DNA of 64,000 nt from Bacteroidota bacterium (GTDB lineage Bacteria; Bacteroidota; Bacteroidia; Chitinophagales; LD1): NCBI GenBank assembly GCA_016722375.1, contig JADKJG010000002.1, positions 268,389 through 332,388 of the forward strand, read 5' to 3'. Of the stretch, positions 21,224 through 33,308 are shown in pieces. Made by a program: the position numbers and the translations under genes. The notes beneath the pieces are model-generated. The model saw nothing but the letters and a program-made list of their open reading frames with translations. It made no database searches and was not told the DNA's origin. Numbering within the stretch: the first letter of the stretch is position 1; every line of letters starts with the position of its first letter.

Positions 21224-21634
21224 CTATTTTTCTCCGTAATATTCGACATAGATATTTTCTGTCTCGGTCAATTTGATACAGTGTAGCTTGCATCCTTTCA
21301 GTTGAGGTTCTATCCATCTCCAAATCAGTCGAACTACGTTTTCGATGCTGGGCATTTGGTCTTTCAATTCAGGTACATCCAAGTTGAAATTCTTGTGGTC
21401 TAACTTGTCAATCACTTCCTTTTTCAGAATTTTGCTGAGATCATGTGCATTGATTACAAAGCCGGTGTCGGGATCCGGTTCGCCTTTCACGGTTACAAAT
21501 AAATCGTAGTTATGGCCGTGCCAATTTTTATTGGCACACTTTCCAAAGACTTTCCGGTTTTGTTCCTCATCCCACTTGGGCTGGTAGAGACGGTGCGCGC
21601 CGTTGAAATGCTCTCTTCTTGTGAGGTAAACCAT
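21224..21634 (-). CDS. queD: 6-carboxytetrahydropterin synthase / 6-pyruvoyl-tetrahydropterin synthase family
   Basis: 136 aa. FNGAHRL and HGHNY motifs. Sits next to folE. Confidence 0.75.
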   Translation of the reverse strand: MVYLTRREHFNGAHRLYQPKWDEEQNRKVFGKCANKNWHGHNYDLFVTVKGEPDPDTGFVINAHDLSKILKKEVIDKLDHKNFNLDVPELKDQMPSIENVVRLIWRWIEPQLKGCKLHCIKLTETENIYVEYYGEK

Positions 21635-21659
21635 ATCCGGTTATTTCGAGTAAATTTCT

Positions 21660-23156
21660 TTAGATAGTTCGTTGACGGATCCAGTTGCTTTCTCCAATAG
21701 TTGAAGACTTCTCTTCTTTTCCATTTGCCCGCACGGTCCTTGCTTTATCGTTATAGTAGTGTCCGGCAATGAGTGCTGCAATTTCTGCTTCGTCTGGGGA
21801 TTGTTCTTTCAAAAGTTCTGGGCGGAAATGCTTTTCCACAAAATTGGTGTCAAAAGTTCCGTTGATAAAATCAGGGTGTCGTAAAACAAATTTTCCAAAG
21901 TTCAGCGTATTCTTTACTCCGGCAATTTTAAAGTCATCAATCGCTCTTACTAATCTTGCCATCGCTTCATTCCTGTCTCTTCCATAACTGACTAATTTGG
22001 CAAGCATAGGGTCATAGTATATAGGAATATCCATACCCTGCTCGTAACCATCATCTACGCGAATGCCCGGGCCTTCGGGCTTGCGATACTCCACCAATCT
22101 GCCAATATCCGGTAAGAAATTATTAATCGGATCTTCTGCATAAACCCGTAATTCTACTGCATGTCCACGTATAGAAAGGTCATCTTGTGAATAGGATAGC
22201 TTTTCACCCCGGGCCACCTTGATTTGTTCTTTCACCAAATCCAATCCGGTTATCATTTCCGTTACCGGATGCTCTACCTGAAGGCGGGTATTCATTTCAA
22301 GGAAATAAAAATTCAATTGATCGTCCACTAGAAATTCAACCGTTCCAGCTCCGATATAATCACAGGAACGAGCCACTCCTACTGCCGCTTCGCCAATCGC
22401 TTTTCTTTTTTCCGGCGTTAGGCAGGAACTAGGAGCTTCTTCCACTACCTTTTGGTGACGACGCTGCACGGAACATTCTCTTTCAAAAAGATGAACAATG
22501 TTGCCGTGTGTATCGCCCAGAACCTGTACCTCTATATGTTTTGGCGAGGCGATATATTTTTCGATAAAGACACTTCCGTCGCCAAAGGCGTTTTGCGCTT
22601 CGCTTTTTGCGCGCTGCATTTGTTCTTCTAATTCCTCAGATGATCTGACCACTCTCATCCCCTTTCCGCCACCACCGGCGGAAGCCTTAATCAAAATAGG
22701 GTAACCTATTTTCTCCCCCAGAAGTTGAGCTTGCTGCACGCTCGTAATTGCTCCCTCACTTCCCGGAACCATAGGAATGTTGAATCGTTTTGCGGCTACT
22801 TTTGCGGCCAGTTTACTTCCCATCATCTCCATAGCCTCTGGTGTAGGGCCGATGAACGTAATACCGCTATCATCAACCAGTCGGGCGAAATAGGCATTTT
22901 CACTTAGAAAGCCATAGCCCGGATGGATGCCATCCACGCCTAACTCGCGGGCTACTTCGACAATTTTAATTCCCTTTAGATAAGATTCCTTAGACGGAGC
23001 AGGGCCTATGCAAACGGCTTCATCAGCATACCGCACATGTGGACTACTGCGGTCAGCTTCTGAAAATACGGCGACCGTTTTGATCCCCATTTCTTTGGCG
23101 CTTTTCATGACGCGGAGCGCAATTTCGCCCCGGTTGGCAACCAATATTTTTTTCAT
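21660..23156 (-). CDS. accC: Biotin carboxylase subunit of an acetyl/propionyl-CoA carboxylase
   Basis: MKKILVANRGEIALRV start, ATP-grasp motifs (GYPILIKASAGGGGKGMR, EMNTRLQVEHPVTE). The upstream 28 codons of the six-frame ORF 21660..23240 look like a non-coding extension. Confidence 0.85.
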   Translation of the reverse strand: MKKILVANRGEIALRVMKSAKEMGIKTVAVFSEADRSSPHVRYADEAVCIGPAPSKESYLKGIKIVEVARELGVDGIHPGYGFLSENAYFARLVDDSGITFIGPTPEAMEMMGSKLAAKVAAKRFNIPMVPGSEGAITSVQQAQLLGEKIGYPILIKASAGGGGKGMRVVRSSEELEEQMQRAKSEAQNAFGDGSVFIEKYIASPKHIEVQVLGDTHGNIVHLFERECSVQRRHQKVVEEAPSSCLTPEKRKAIGEAAVGVARSCDYIGAGTVEFLVDDQLNFYFLEMNTRLQVEHPVTEMITGLDLVKEQIKVARGEKLSYSQDDLSIRGHAVELRVYAEDPINNFLPDIGRLVEYRKPEGPGIRVDDGYEQGMDIPIYYDPMLAKLVSYGRDRNEAMARLVRAIDDFKIAGVKNTLNFGKFVLRHPDFINGTFDTNFVEKHFRPELLKEQSPDEAEIAALIAGHYYNDKARTVRANGKEEKSSTIGESNWIRQRTI

Positions 23157-23302
23157 CCTGATTATTTTTTTGGGAGGGCAAACATGCAAAAAATTCTGGA
23201 GGGAAAGTAGCTTCAGTTCTACTGATATACAGAAAAGCAAAACCCATCGTGATTACGATGGGTTTTGCTTTTAAAGGAGATAAACAGGGCAAAAGCCCCG
23301 AT

Positions 23303-23686
23303 TTATTCTGCTGTAGATTTAGCGGCGCTTGGTTCTGCCATTTTCTTTTCCTGAATACGAGAGGCTTTTCCACTTCTCTTACGCTGGTAGAAAAGCTTTG
23401 CCCGACGCACACGTCCTACCTTATTAACTGTTACGGTATCAACAAACGGAGAGCTAAGAGGGAAAATTCTTTCTACTCCTACACCATTAGAGATTTTGCG
23501 AACTGTAAACATTTTTGAAGCTCCTTCACCTCGTATCTGGATAACATCTCCACGAAACTCCTGAATACGCTCTTTCGTTCCTTCAGTGATTTTATATGAT
23601 ACAGTGATATTATCGCCAGGACCGAAATTCGGGTGTTTGTTGGCTGCGAAAAGCGCATTTTCAACGGCTTTCAGTTTTGGATTCAT
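23303..23686 (-). CDS. rplS: 50S ribosomal protein L19
   Basis: 127 aa. FGPGDNITVSYKITEG.KERIQEFRGDVI, and RRAKLFY. Confidence 0.93.
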   Translation of the reverse strand: MNPKLKAVENALFAANKHPNFGPGDNITVSYKITEGTKERIQEFRGDVIQIRGEGASKMFTVRKISNGVGVERIFPLSSPFVDTVTVNKVGRVRRAKLFYQRKRSGKASRIQEKKMAEPSAAKSTAE

Positions 23687-23774
23687 GACCTATTGGTTTA
23701 TATATTTTTTTAAAAAGGCACGCAAAAATATGATTTTATGCGAAAACTAATAGTGGGAAGCAATCTTTATATTA

Positions 23775-24452
23775 TTATTCTTCTCCTAATAAATCTGGCC
23801 GCCGGGCTTCTGTGCGTTCCAAAGCCTGCTCATGCCTCCATTCCATGATGTTTCTCTCATGACCAGAAAGCAATACTTCAGGTACTATTAATCCACGGAA
23901 ATTTTCAGGACGAGTATAAACCGGTGGGGACAAAATATTATCCTGGAAAGAATCTGTTAGTGCGGAAGTTTCGTCGCTTAACACGCCCGGCAACAAACGA
24001 CCAATAGCATCTACAAAGACGGCAGCAGCTAACTCACCACCACTCAAAACATAATCACCTATAGAAATTTCCTTAGTAATGTACAATTCGCGAATGCATC
24101 ATCCACCCTTATAGTGTCCACATAAAATGATGCAACTCTTTTTTAGTGAAAGGGTATTCACCATTTTTTGATTCATCATCTCTCCGTCAGGAGTCATGTA
24201 AATTACTTCGTCATAGCTTCTTTCCTTTTTTAGGTGATCTATGCAATTAGCTATCGGTTCGCACATCATCACCATTCCTGCGCCTCCACCATATTGATAG
24301 TCGTCCACTTGCTTTTGTTTACTCGGTGTAAAGTCGCGAAGATCAATCAGGTTCACTTCTAATAGACCTTTTTGCCTAGCTCTTTTAATGATGGAGTGGT
24401 TAAAAGGACTTTCTAATAAAGAGGTGTGAACCGTAATAATATCTATTCTCAT
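23775..24452 (-). pseudogene. trmD: tRNA (guanine37-N1)-methyltransferase, interrupted by an in-frame TGA at 24099-24101
   Basis: ORFs 24099..24452 (MRIDIITV...YQYGGGAGMVM...CGHYKGG-stop) and 23775..24086 (..[24 protein letters not shown]..) are in the same frame and separated only by TGA-TGC. Gene order is rpsP-rimM-trmD-rplS. Confidence 0.85.
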
Positions 24453-24961
24453 AAGTCAAGTAATCCTTCGGGCAAACGAAAGAGAATTTCTCTTTTAGGC
24501 CTGTTGATTTTTACAATGAATTCGTCCACCAAAGGGATAAGAATATCCTTGTCCTCTATTGATAAGAGGATCTGCCCGGGGCTTTCGATCATCTCATGAA
24601 TTCGTCCGATAAGCCCTTCGGTTTCGTCGGAAGCAAGGAACCCGGTCAAGTCATGTTCCCCGGTATCTTCTTTTTTGAAATAGCTTGTAATGTCTTTTTC
24701 AAGAAGCAAGATTGCAGAGCCATTGTATCGCTTTGCAGTTTCCCGAGAGTTTATTTCTTCAAAGGTTATGATTCCATCTTTTTCTCCTATCCATTCTATT
24801 TTATTAATAAACTGAGGTGCGGAGTGATTCCCTGAAGTCAGAACAAAGTATTTTGGAAATCTGTTTTTACTTTTCAGTTCCAAGGATAATAGAAACCGAA
24901 AAGCCCCACTTATTCCGTGAGGCTTTCCGAGTTTGCCGACAGTTATGTACGATTCGGCCAT
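24449..24961 (-). CDS. rimM: Ribosome maturation factor RimM
   Basis: 170 aa. VGKLGKPHGISGAFRF N-terminus, operon context. Its TGA stop overlaps the trmD ATG (ATGA). Confidence 0.85.
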   Translation of the reverse strand: MAESYITVGKLGKPHGISGAFRFLLSLELKSKNRFPKYFVLTSGNHSAPQFINKIEWIGEKDGIITFEEINSRETAKRYNGSAILLLEKDITSYFKKEDTGEHDLTGFLASDETEGLIGRIHEMIESPGQILLSIEDKDILIPLVDEFIVKINRPKREILFRLPEGLLDL

Positions 24962-24975
24962 TGATTAATAAATTA

Positions 24976-25542
24976 CTATCCTTCTGTAGGAGGTTCTTGG
25001 GTATCAGCACTAGCGCTTGTCTCGGCAGCCGGAGCTTCTTGAGCAGTCGCCTCCGTTTCAGCGGCTTTCTTAGCCTCTTCGGCAACAGTTAATGCAGCCA
25101 TACGTTTTGCATCGCGATCAGTTGCCTTCTTTTGTTCTTGCTCCAACAACTTGGCTTTGATTTCACTCTTATCCTTATGATGTTTTTTCTCGTGGTCCAG
25201 CGCTTTGTTTTTATGCTCGTCCATCCACAACTGATATTTTGATTCAGCCTCTTCGGCGGTCATGGCACCTTTTGCTACTCCGCGTAGAAGATGCTTCTTA
25301 TAAAGGATGCCTTTATACTTAAAAATAGCATTTACGGTATCTGTAATCTCCGCACCCTTCTGAAGCCAGTTCACCGCTTTATCTACATCCAAATGGATGG
25401 TAGCGGGACGGGTCAGTGGATTATAGTCACCAATACGTTCAATGTAATTACCGTCGCGTGGTGCACGGCTGTCTGCCGCAACGATGTGATAAAAAGGGCG
25501 TTTGCCTCTGCCGTGTCTCTGTAATCTGATTTTTACTGCCAT
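24976..25542 (-). CDS. rpsP: 30S ribosomal protein S16, with a lysine/alanine-rich C-terminal extension
   Basis: [31 protein letters not shown]. 188 aa, so it is extended relative to the ~80-aa core. Confidence 0.92.
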   Translation of the reverse strand: MAVKIRLQRHGRGKRPFYHIVAADSRAPRDGNYIERIGDYNPLTRPATIHLDVDKAVNWLQKGAEITDTVNAIFKYKGILYKKHLLRGVAKGAMTAEEAESKYQLWMDEHKNKALDHEKKHHKDKSEIKAKLLEQEQKKATDRDAKRMAALTVAEEAKKAAETEATAQEAPAAETSASADTQEPPTEG

Positions 25543-25900
25543 GTCTTAAAATTAATTTAAGGATTGGTTATGAAATATATTTCTTGAAAAAGGAGCGCAA
25601 ATATGAATGAATAAAATGGAAATAGCAAGGCTTGATGAGATTATGACCAAAATATTTGCGCAGAAATTAAATTGATAGAGGGATATAAACCCTTCAACTA
25701 GAGACGGGACAGACAATGTTTTCGAGTGCCGTATTCCGCTGGACTTCGCGCAGGTCACCAACAAGTTATTTACTTTGACATCTAAAGTAGGAAAGATGAA
25801 AATAAATTCTTTATGACCTATGCTATGAAAACAGGATGAATAAACGCAAACGTAATAAGCAGGTGGTGCATGCCTTGATAATTTATAAAAGAAGCGATTT

Positions 25901-26605
25901 ATGAATGTCTTTTATTGTCCGGATGCCATGTTAAATGAACTATGTGTTCTAGACGAAACAGAATCCAAACATATTGTGAGCGTTTTACGCAAACGAGAGG
26001 GAGAGGAGCTATTTGTCTTTGACGGGAAAGGAAACCTATTTGATGCACGGATTATTTCTGTTGGCAAGAAGGAAGTGACGGTTCGTGTCGCAAAACTGTT
26101 GGAAGCTGATGCGGGGAATAAATCTTCTCTACATATCGCTATTGCTCCACCCAAAAACATAGAGCGCTTCGAGTGGTTTATTGAAAAGGCAACTGAAATT
26201 GGTATTAGCCAAATCACTCCGCTTTTATGTACCCGTTCCGAAAGGAGAGAATTGAGGATTGACCGACTGCAGCGGGTAATGCTAAGCGCCTGCAAGCAAA
26301 GTCTGAAATATCAAATTCCAGTGCTGAATGAAATGATAAAGTATGATGAACTCCTTCGTTCGTTCAATGGTGAGAGTCGTAAATTCATTGCTCACTTGGA
26401 TGAAAAGTCTCTGCATTTTAAACAAGCATATCATGGAGGTTTTGATGTGGTCATGCTTATAGGCCCCGAAGGGGACTTTACGCCGGAGGAAATAGCGCTC
26501 GCTGTCCAACGCGAATTCGAACCCGTTATATTGGGCAAAAGCCGTTTGCGGTTGGAAACTGCCGGAGTTTATGCAGCCGCCGCTTTTAATATGGCGAATG
26601 AATGA
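25901..26605 (+). CDS. rsmE: 16S rRNA (uracil1498-N3)-methyltransferase
   Basis: 234 aa. PUA-like N-terminus (H..VLR...GE) and the GPEGDFT..E motif of the RsmE/SPOUT family. Confidence 0.85.
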   Translation: MNVFYCPDAMLNELCVLDETESKHIVSVLRKREGEELFVFDGKGNLFDARIISVGKKEVTVRVAKLLEADAGNKSSLHIAIAPPKNIERFEWFIEKATEIGISQITPLLCTRSERRELRIDRLQRVMLSACKQSLKYQIPVLNEMIKYDELLRSFNGESRKFIAHLDEKSLHFKQAYHGGFDVVMLIGPEGDFTPEEIALAVQREFEPVILGKSRLRLETAGVYAAAAFNMANE

Positions 26606-27276
26606 TAGTTTTACGCGGCATGAAAAGAGTATTGATTACCGGTTTGATTCTTTGGATCTGTTGCGCATTTGTAGTAGTTGATCAGCCTATAAAGATTGCT
26701 CTCTTGAAATATAACGGCGGAGGAGATTGGTACGCCAACCCTACCTCACTTCCCAATCTGGCTAAGTATTGCAACCAAAACATAGGTACTAATATAGATA
26801 CCGACATTCCAAGTGTGGAAGTGGGAAGTGCCGAAATTTTCAATTACCCTTTTGTTCACATGACTGGCCACGGCAACGTGGTGTTTAACGAACAGGAGCT
26901 GTCCAATCTTCGCGCCTATTTGGTCGGTGGCGGATTTCTTCATGCAGATGATAACTATGGTATGGACAAATTCATCCGGCCACAGTTAGAGAAACTATTC
27001 CCGGGTTCTAAGTTGATTGAGCTTCCCTTTTCTCATGCAATATTTCACCAGAAATATGACTTCCCAAATGGCCTACCTAAGATTCATGAACATGATGGCC
27101 TGCCTCCGCAAGCTTTTGGCATCTTTCATGAAGGAAGATTAGTAGTGCTTTATACCTATCAATGTGATTTAGGCGATGGGTGGGAAGACCCCGAAGTGCA
27201 TAAAGATCCCGAACCGGTCCGCGAAAAGGCACTGAAGATGGGCGCCAATATTATCCGCTACGTTTTCTCCAACTGA
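26602..27276 (+). CDS. DUF4159 domain-containing protein
   Basis: 224 aa. LKYNGGGDWYANPTSLPNL... is typical of the Bacteroidota DUF4159 family. Its start overlaps the rsmE stop (ATGA). Confidence 0.6.
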   Translation: MIVLRGMKRVLITGLILWICCAFVVVDQPIKIALLKYNGGGDWYANPTSLPNLAKYCNQNIGTNIDTDIPSVEVGSAEIFNYPFVHMTGHGNVVFNEQELSNLRAYLVGGGFLHADDNYGMDKFIRPQLEKLFPGSKLIELPFSHAIFHQKYDFPNGLPKIHEHDGLPPQAFGIFHEGRLVVLYTYQCDLGDGWEDPEVHKDPEPVREKALKMGANIIRYVFSN

Positions 27277-28326
27277 TTACTTCTCGACAAGCAGTGCGCG
27301 GTTTATATCATGAATCAGTTTAGGTCCCTGATAGATATAGCCCGTATAAAGCTGTAACAAATCAGCCCCCGCCTCCAGTTTGTCCATAGCATCTTGAACA
27401 TTCATAATTCCGCCCACGCCTACGACCGGAATCTTCACGCCGCCATTCAATTCTTTGGAACGAATAGAAATATGCTTGATTATCTCGGTGGCTTTTTGCG
27501 TCAACGGTTGGCCACTTAGTCCTCCGGCACCGAATCTTTCTATCTCCTCTTTTGAATAATCCAGTCTTTCGCGGCTGATGGTCGTATTCGTCGCTACGAT
27601 TCCGGCAATCTTTGATTTCAGTACTACGTCAATCACCTCATCCAGTTGCTCGGTCGTCAAATCGGGAGCAATTTTAAGCAGAATGGGTTTGGTCTTTTCT
27701 TTCGAGTGGTTGATGTCCTGCAGACCGTTCAATATCCTCGTCAACGAATCTTTGTCCTGCAAGGCCCTCAGTCCGGGAGTGTTGGGCGAACTGACATTCA
27801 CCACAAAGTAATCTCCATACTCAAACAAGGTTTTGAAGCAATATTCATAGTCGCCGATAGCCTCTTCATTGGGTGTCAGTTTGTTCTTTCCAATATTCAC
27901 CCCTACCACTATATCGCTTTTGCGCCGCTTCAATTTCTGCGCCGCTACTTCGGCTCCAACATTATTAAACCCCATCCGGTTAATGAGCGCCTTCTCTTTA
28001 ACCAAGCGGAACAAACGAGGTCGGTCGTTTCCCGGTTGTGCTTTGGGTGTGATGGTTCCGATTTCTATAAATCCAAAACCCATTTGCGCCATTTCATCTA
28101 CTACCTCCCCGTTCTTATCCAGTCCGGCAGCCAGGCCCACTGGGTTCTTAAAGTCAAGCCCAAACAGCTTCCGGTTCAGGCTGGGATGTTCTACCGGTTC
28201 GCCGGCAATCAGCCGAAGCAGAAAAGGGAACTTGCCTGCCAACTGTAGGTTATGAATCGTGAAATCATGCGCCTCTTCCGGGTTCATCCGAAACAGCAGC
28301 GATTTAATCAAAGGGTATAAATCCAT
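27277..28326 (-). CDS. pyrD: Dihydroorotate dehydrogenase (quinone), class 2
   Basis: 349 aa. GLAAGLDKNGE, GFIEIGTITP, NISSPNTPGLR-like (NVSSPNTPGLRALQ) and GVGGI motifs. Confidence 0.93.
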   Translation of the reverse strand: MDLYPLIKSLLFRMNPEEAHDFTIHNLQLAGKFPFLLRLIAGEPVEHPSLNRKLFGLDFKNPVGLAAGLDKNGEVVDEMAQMGFGFIEIGTITPKAQPGNDRPRLFRLVKEKALINRMGFNNVGAEVAAQKLKRRKSDIVVGVNIGKNKLTPNEEAIGDYEYCFKTLFEYGDYFVVNVSSPNTPGLRALQDKDSLTRILNGLQDINHSKEKTKPILLKIAPDLTTEQLDEVIDVVLKSKIAGIVATNTTISRERLDYSKEEIERFGAGGLSGQPLTQKATEIIKHISIRSKELNGGVKIPVVGVGGIMNVQDAMDKLEAGADLLQLYTGYIYQGPKLIHDINRALLVEK

Positions 28327-28486
28327 GGCGACAAAGGTGGTGAGAACTTCCTCTTATCCAAAACATACACCTTGTATTTGACAAGAATATCGCTCTCCAG
28401 CCCGTTTGCGCAGCGGTTCCTGAAACCTTTTGTTCTCCTCGCCGTAAAGTAGAGAAGATAAAATTCTACGAACCGAACCGAGATTT

Positions 28487-29344
28487 ATGAGACCATTAAG
28501 AATTACACACGTTGCAGGAAGAGATACGGACACAGACAAATATCTGAAGCACATCGGCAAGAGCGATTTGCTTTCTGCCGAACAAGAGGGTGAGTTGGCA
28601 AAGCGCATCCGCAACGGCGACCAAGAAGCGCTCGAGATGCTCGTCACTTCCAACCTCCGGTTTGTGGTGAGTGTGGCGAAACAATATAATAACCAAGGCT
28701 TGGCCATTAGCGACCTGATCAACGAAGGGAACCTCGGATTGATTCGCGCTGCCTATAAATTTGATGAGACTCGAGGATTTAAGTTCATCTCCTATGCTGT
28801 TTGGTGGATTCGTCAGGCTATGATGCAAGCCATTGTGGAGCAATCAAGAATCATTCGTCTACCGGTTGCCAAAATCGGTGCCTACACCAAAATCAGCAAG
28901 GCCTTTGCCGCTTTCGAGCAGGAGTATCAACGCGAACCCGATGTAGAAGAACTGATGGAAATGCTCGGTATGACGAAAGAAGAGATTGACGAATACTTTC
29001 AAATCAGCAACCTGAACGTCACCACCGAATCTAGGATGAACTTGGGCGAAGGCAGCCAGATGAGCGATATCATTCACGACGAACATCAAGAAACAGCCGA
29101 AGACAAGGTGATGAAGAAGACCGTCCAAACACAATTGAATGAGGCGCTGTCAAAACTATCGGACCGCGAGGCAGAAATCATTGCCAGCTATTTTGGATTG
29201 AATGGCGAAGTGCCCCTCACGCTCGAAGAAATAGGGCAGCGCTATGACCTCAGCCGCGAACGCGTTCGGCAGATTAAAGAAAAATGTATCCGCCAGTTGA
29301 AAGAAAGCACCAGCCCTTTCTTGCTTCAGGCGTACGTAAAATAA
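28487..29344 (+). CDS. rpoD: Primary RNA polymerase sigma factor (sigma-70 family, Bacteroidota sigma-A type)
   Basis: 285 aa. Region 2 (NLRFVVSVAKQY.NQGL...DLINEGNLGLIRA..KFD..RGFKFISYAVWWIRQ), region 4 (TLEEIG...LSRERVRQIKEKCI). Confidence 0.9.
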   Translation: MRPLRITHVAGRDTDTDKYLKHIGKSDLLSAEQEGELAKRIRNGDQEALEMLVTSNLRFVVSVAKQYNNQGLAISDLINEGNLGLIRAAYKFDETRGFKFISYAVWWIRQAMMQAIVEQSRIIRLPVAKIGAYTKISKAFAAFEQEYQREPDVEELMEMLGMTKEEIDEYFQISNLNVTTESRMNLGEGSQMSDIIHDEHQETAEDKVMKKTVQTQLNEALSKLSDREAEIIASYFGLNGEVPLTLEEIGQRYDLSRERVRQIKEKCIRQLKESTSPFLLQAYVK

Positions 29345-29524
29345 TAACCGCGGTCCGGTCGAGGAACAAACGGGGCGCGATGATAAAGCGCTCTGTTTTT
29401 TCCAAGTCCTTCATCTCGGTTCCATAGAAAACTCCCACCCACTCGGGTTCGGGAGTTTTCGCTTTTTAGAAATTTGGGCGTAACCCCAGAGCCGAAGCCG
29501 CAGAAGGGGCGGAGCGGACAAATT

Positions 29525-29853
29525 GGCAGCTTACAAGCAAGGTATGGCAGCTTACATACGAGGAATGACGTCAGACAGTCGTGGGACAGCGTCAGGCAGT
29601 CAAGGAATAGCGTCAGACAGTCAAGGAATGGCATCTGACAGTCAAGGAATGGCGTCTGACAGGGAAGGAATGGCGTCTGACAGTGAAGGAATGGCATCTG
29701 ACAGTGAAGGAATGACGACAGACAGTCAAGGAATAGCGTCAGACAGTCGTGGGATCGCATCAGACAGTGAAGGAATGGCATGAGACAGTGAAGAAATGGC
29801 ATCTGTCAGTGTTCAGAATGCGTCTGACAATGAAAAGATGGCATTTGACAGGG
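29525..29853. repeat. Tandem array A2: ~16 units of 21 bp, consensus GGCRTCWGACAGTSAAGGAAT
   Basis: Units start at 29525, 29546, 29567 ... 29777 in strict 21-nt register. The last units are degenerate (one of 22 nt, one of 20 nt). Confidence 0.9.
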
Positions 29854-30193
29854 GTTGTAAAAAATCCACCTCCGTCTTTTTCTGCTTCGGCAGAAAAATC
29901 CACCTCCCCCGGCGGAGGATAAACAGCCGACCTCACCCCCAGCCTCCCTCCGAAGAAGTGGGGAGAAACAGCCACCTAACAATGAAAGAGTACTTATAAT
30001 AAGGACGCTCAGCCGAGACCTCTAACCCTTGAAGGGGGAATAGAGACGGCGTGGAAGTTTTGGTTTTGTTGCTCCTTTGGTGATGTTGGGCGAAGCGTGG
30101 AGCAAGGGGGCAAGCGCGAAGGATAGAGGCGGCATCCTTTTTCATCCTTTAATAATAAACGAGTCGAAAAAGCTATAGCCGAAAGCCTGACGC

Positions 30194-30233
30194 CGTCCCG
30201 ATTCTTCCAAAATATTTTAGAGGAATCGGGACG
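30194..30233. other. Long stem-loop CGTCCCGATTC ... GAATCGGGACG, with an internal AAAATATTTT palindrome
   Basis: 11-bp perfect outer stem read directly, ~70 nt upstream of the alaS start, followed by GGGGCGCGCCC. Confidence 0.55.
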
Positions 30234-30293
30234 GGGGCGCGCCCAAAATCTTCTCTATTGTTTTATTTTCGCCGCTCTCTTGAAAATAAATAA

Positions 30294-33055
<2,762 letters not shown>

Positions 33056-33079
33056 GCTATCTTTGAATAAAATTGTGTT

Positions 33080-33308
33080 ATGGATATTCGTAAGGAAATA
33101 GGGAAGCTAAGTAAGTCTGAAAAGATTTTGCTGGTAGAAGAGATTTGGGATGAAATAGCGAAAGACACAAAGACGGGAGTTAACAGCAGCCCAAAAGGAG
33201 GAGGTTGATAGACGGCTGGATCTTGCCAAAGAAGGGAAGGTGAAGTATTACACACTGGAGGAAGCAAAGGCGAGAATTAAATCTCTGAAGAAAGATGTTC
33301 AGGATTAA
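33080..33308 (+). pseudogene. Addiction-module antitoxin component (TIGR02574-like), apparently frameshifted near the G-run 33175-33177
   Basis: The ATG at 33080 gives MDIRKEIGKLSKSEKILLVEEIWDEIAKDTK, then stops at 33206. The next frame reads ELTAAQKEEVDRRLDLAKEGKVKYYTLEEAKARIKSLKKDVQD-stop (33306-33308). Both halves match the usual antitoxin layout. Neither half is in the ORF track because both are under 60 aa. Confidence 0.55.

Noticed and set aside
23053-23412. A 119-aa minus-strand ORF spanning the accC upstream region and the rplS 3' end, and the ORF 23249..23518 (+).
   Set aside because: They overlap the ends of two well-supported genes and the intergenic spacer, and have no motifs. 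The N-terminal extensions of accC, aroC, rseP and the SIS protein in the ORF track were trimmed to conserved Met starts for the same reason.
24099-24101. TGA reassignment (genetic code 4 or 25) as the explanation for the in-frame TGAs in trmD and nadC.
   Set aside because: TGA clearly functions as a stop elsewhere in the window. Examples are the rimM stop overlapping the trmD ATG at 24449-24452 and the CBS-domain gene ending in TGA TGA at 15766-15771. The lineage features are Bacteroidota, which use the standard code 11.
27646-28248. 200-aa and 128-aa + strand ORFs inside pyrD.
   Set aside because: They are antisense to a complete and well-conserved dihydroorotate dehydrogenase gene and have no motifs.
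28354-28722. A 122-aa minus-strand ORF in the pyrD-rpoD intergenic region.
   Set aside because: It overlaps the rpoD 5' coding region in antisense and has no recognisable features.
29326-29802. A 158-aa minus-strand ORF through array A2 (MPFLHCL heptads).
   Set aside because: It runs antisense across the rpoD stop codon and 3' end, has a low-complexity Cys/Leu/Phe composition, and mirrors the equally open + frame. It is treated as a repeat artefact.
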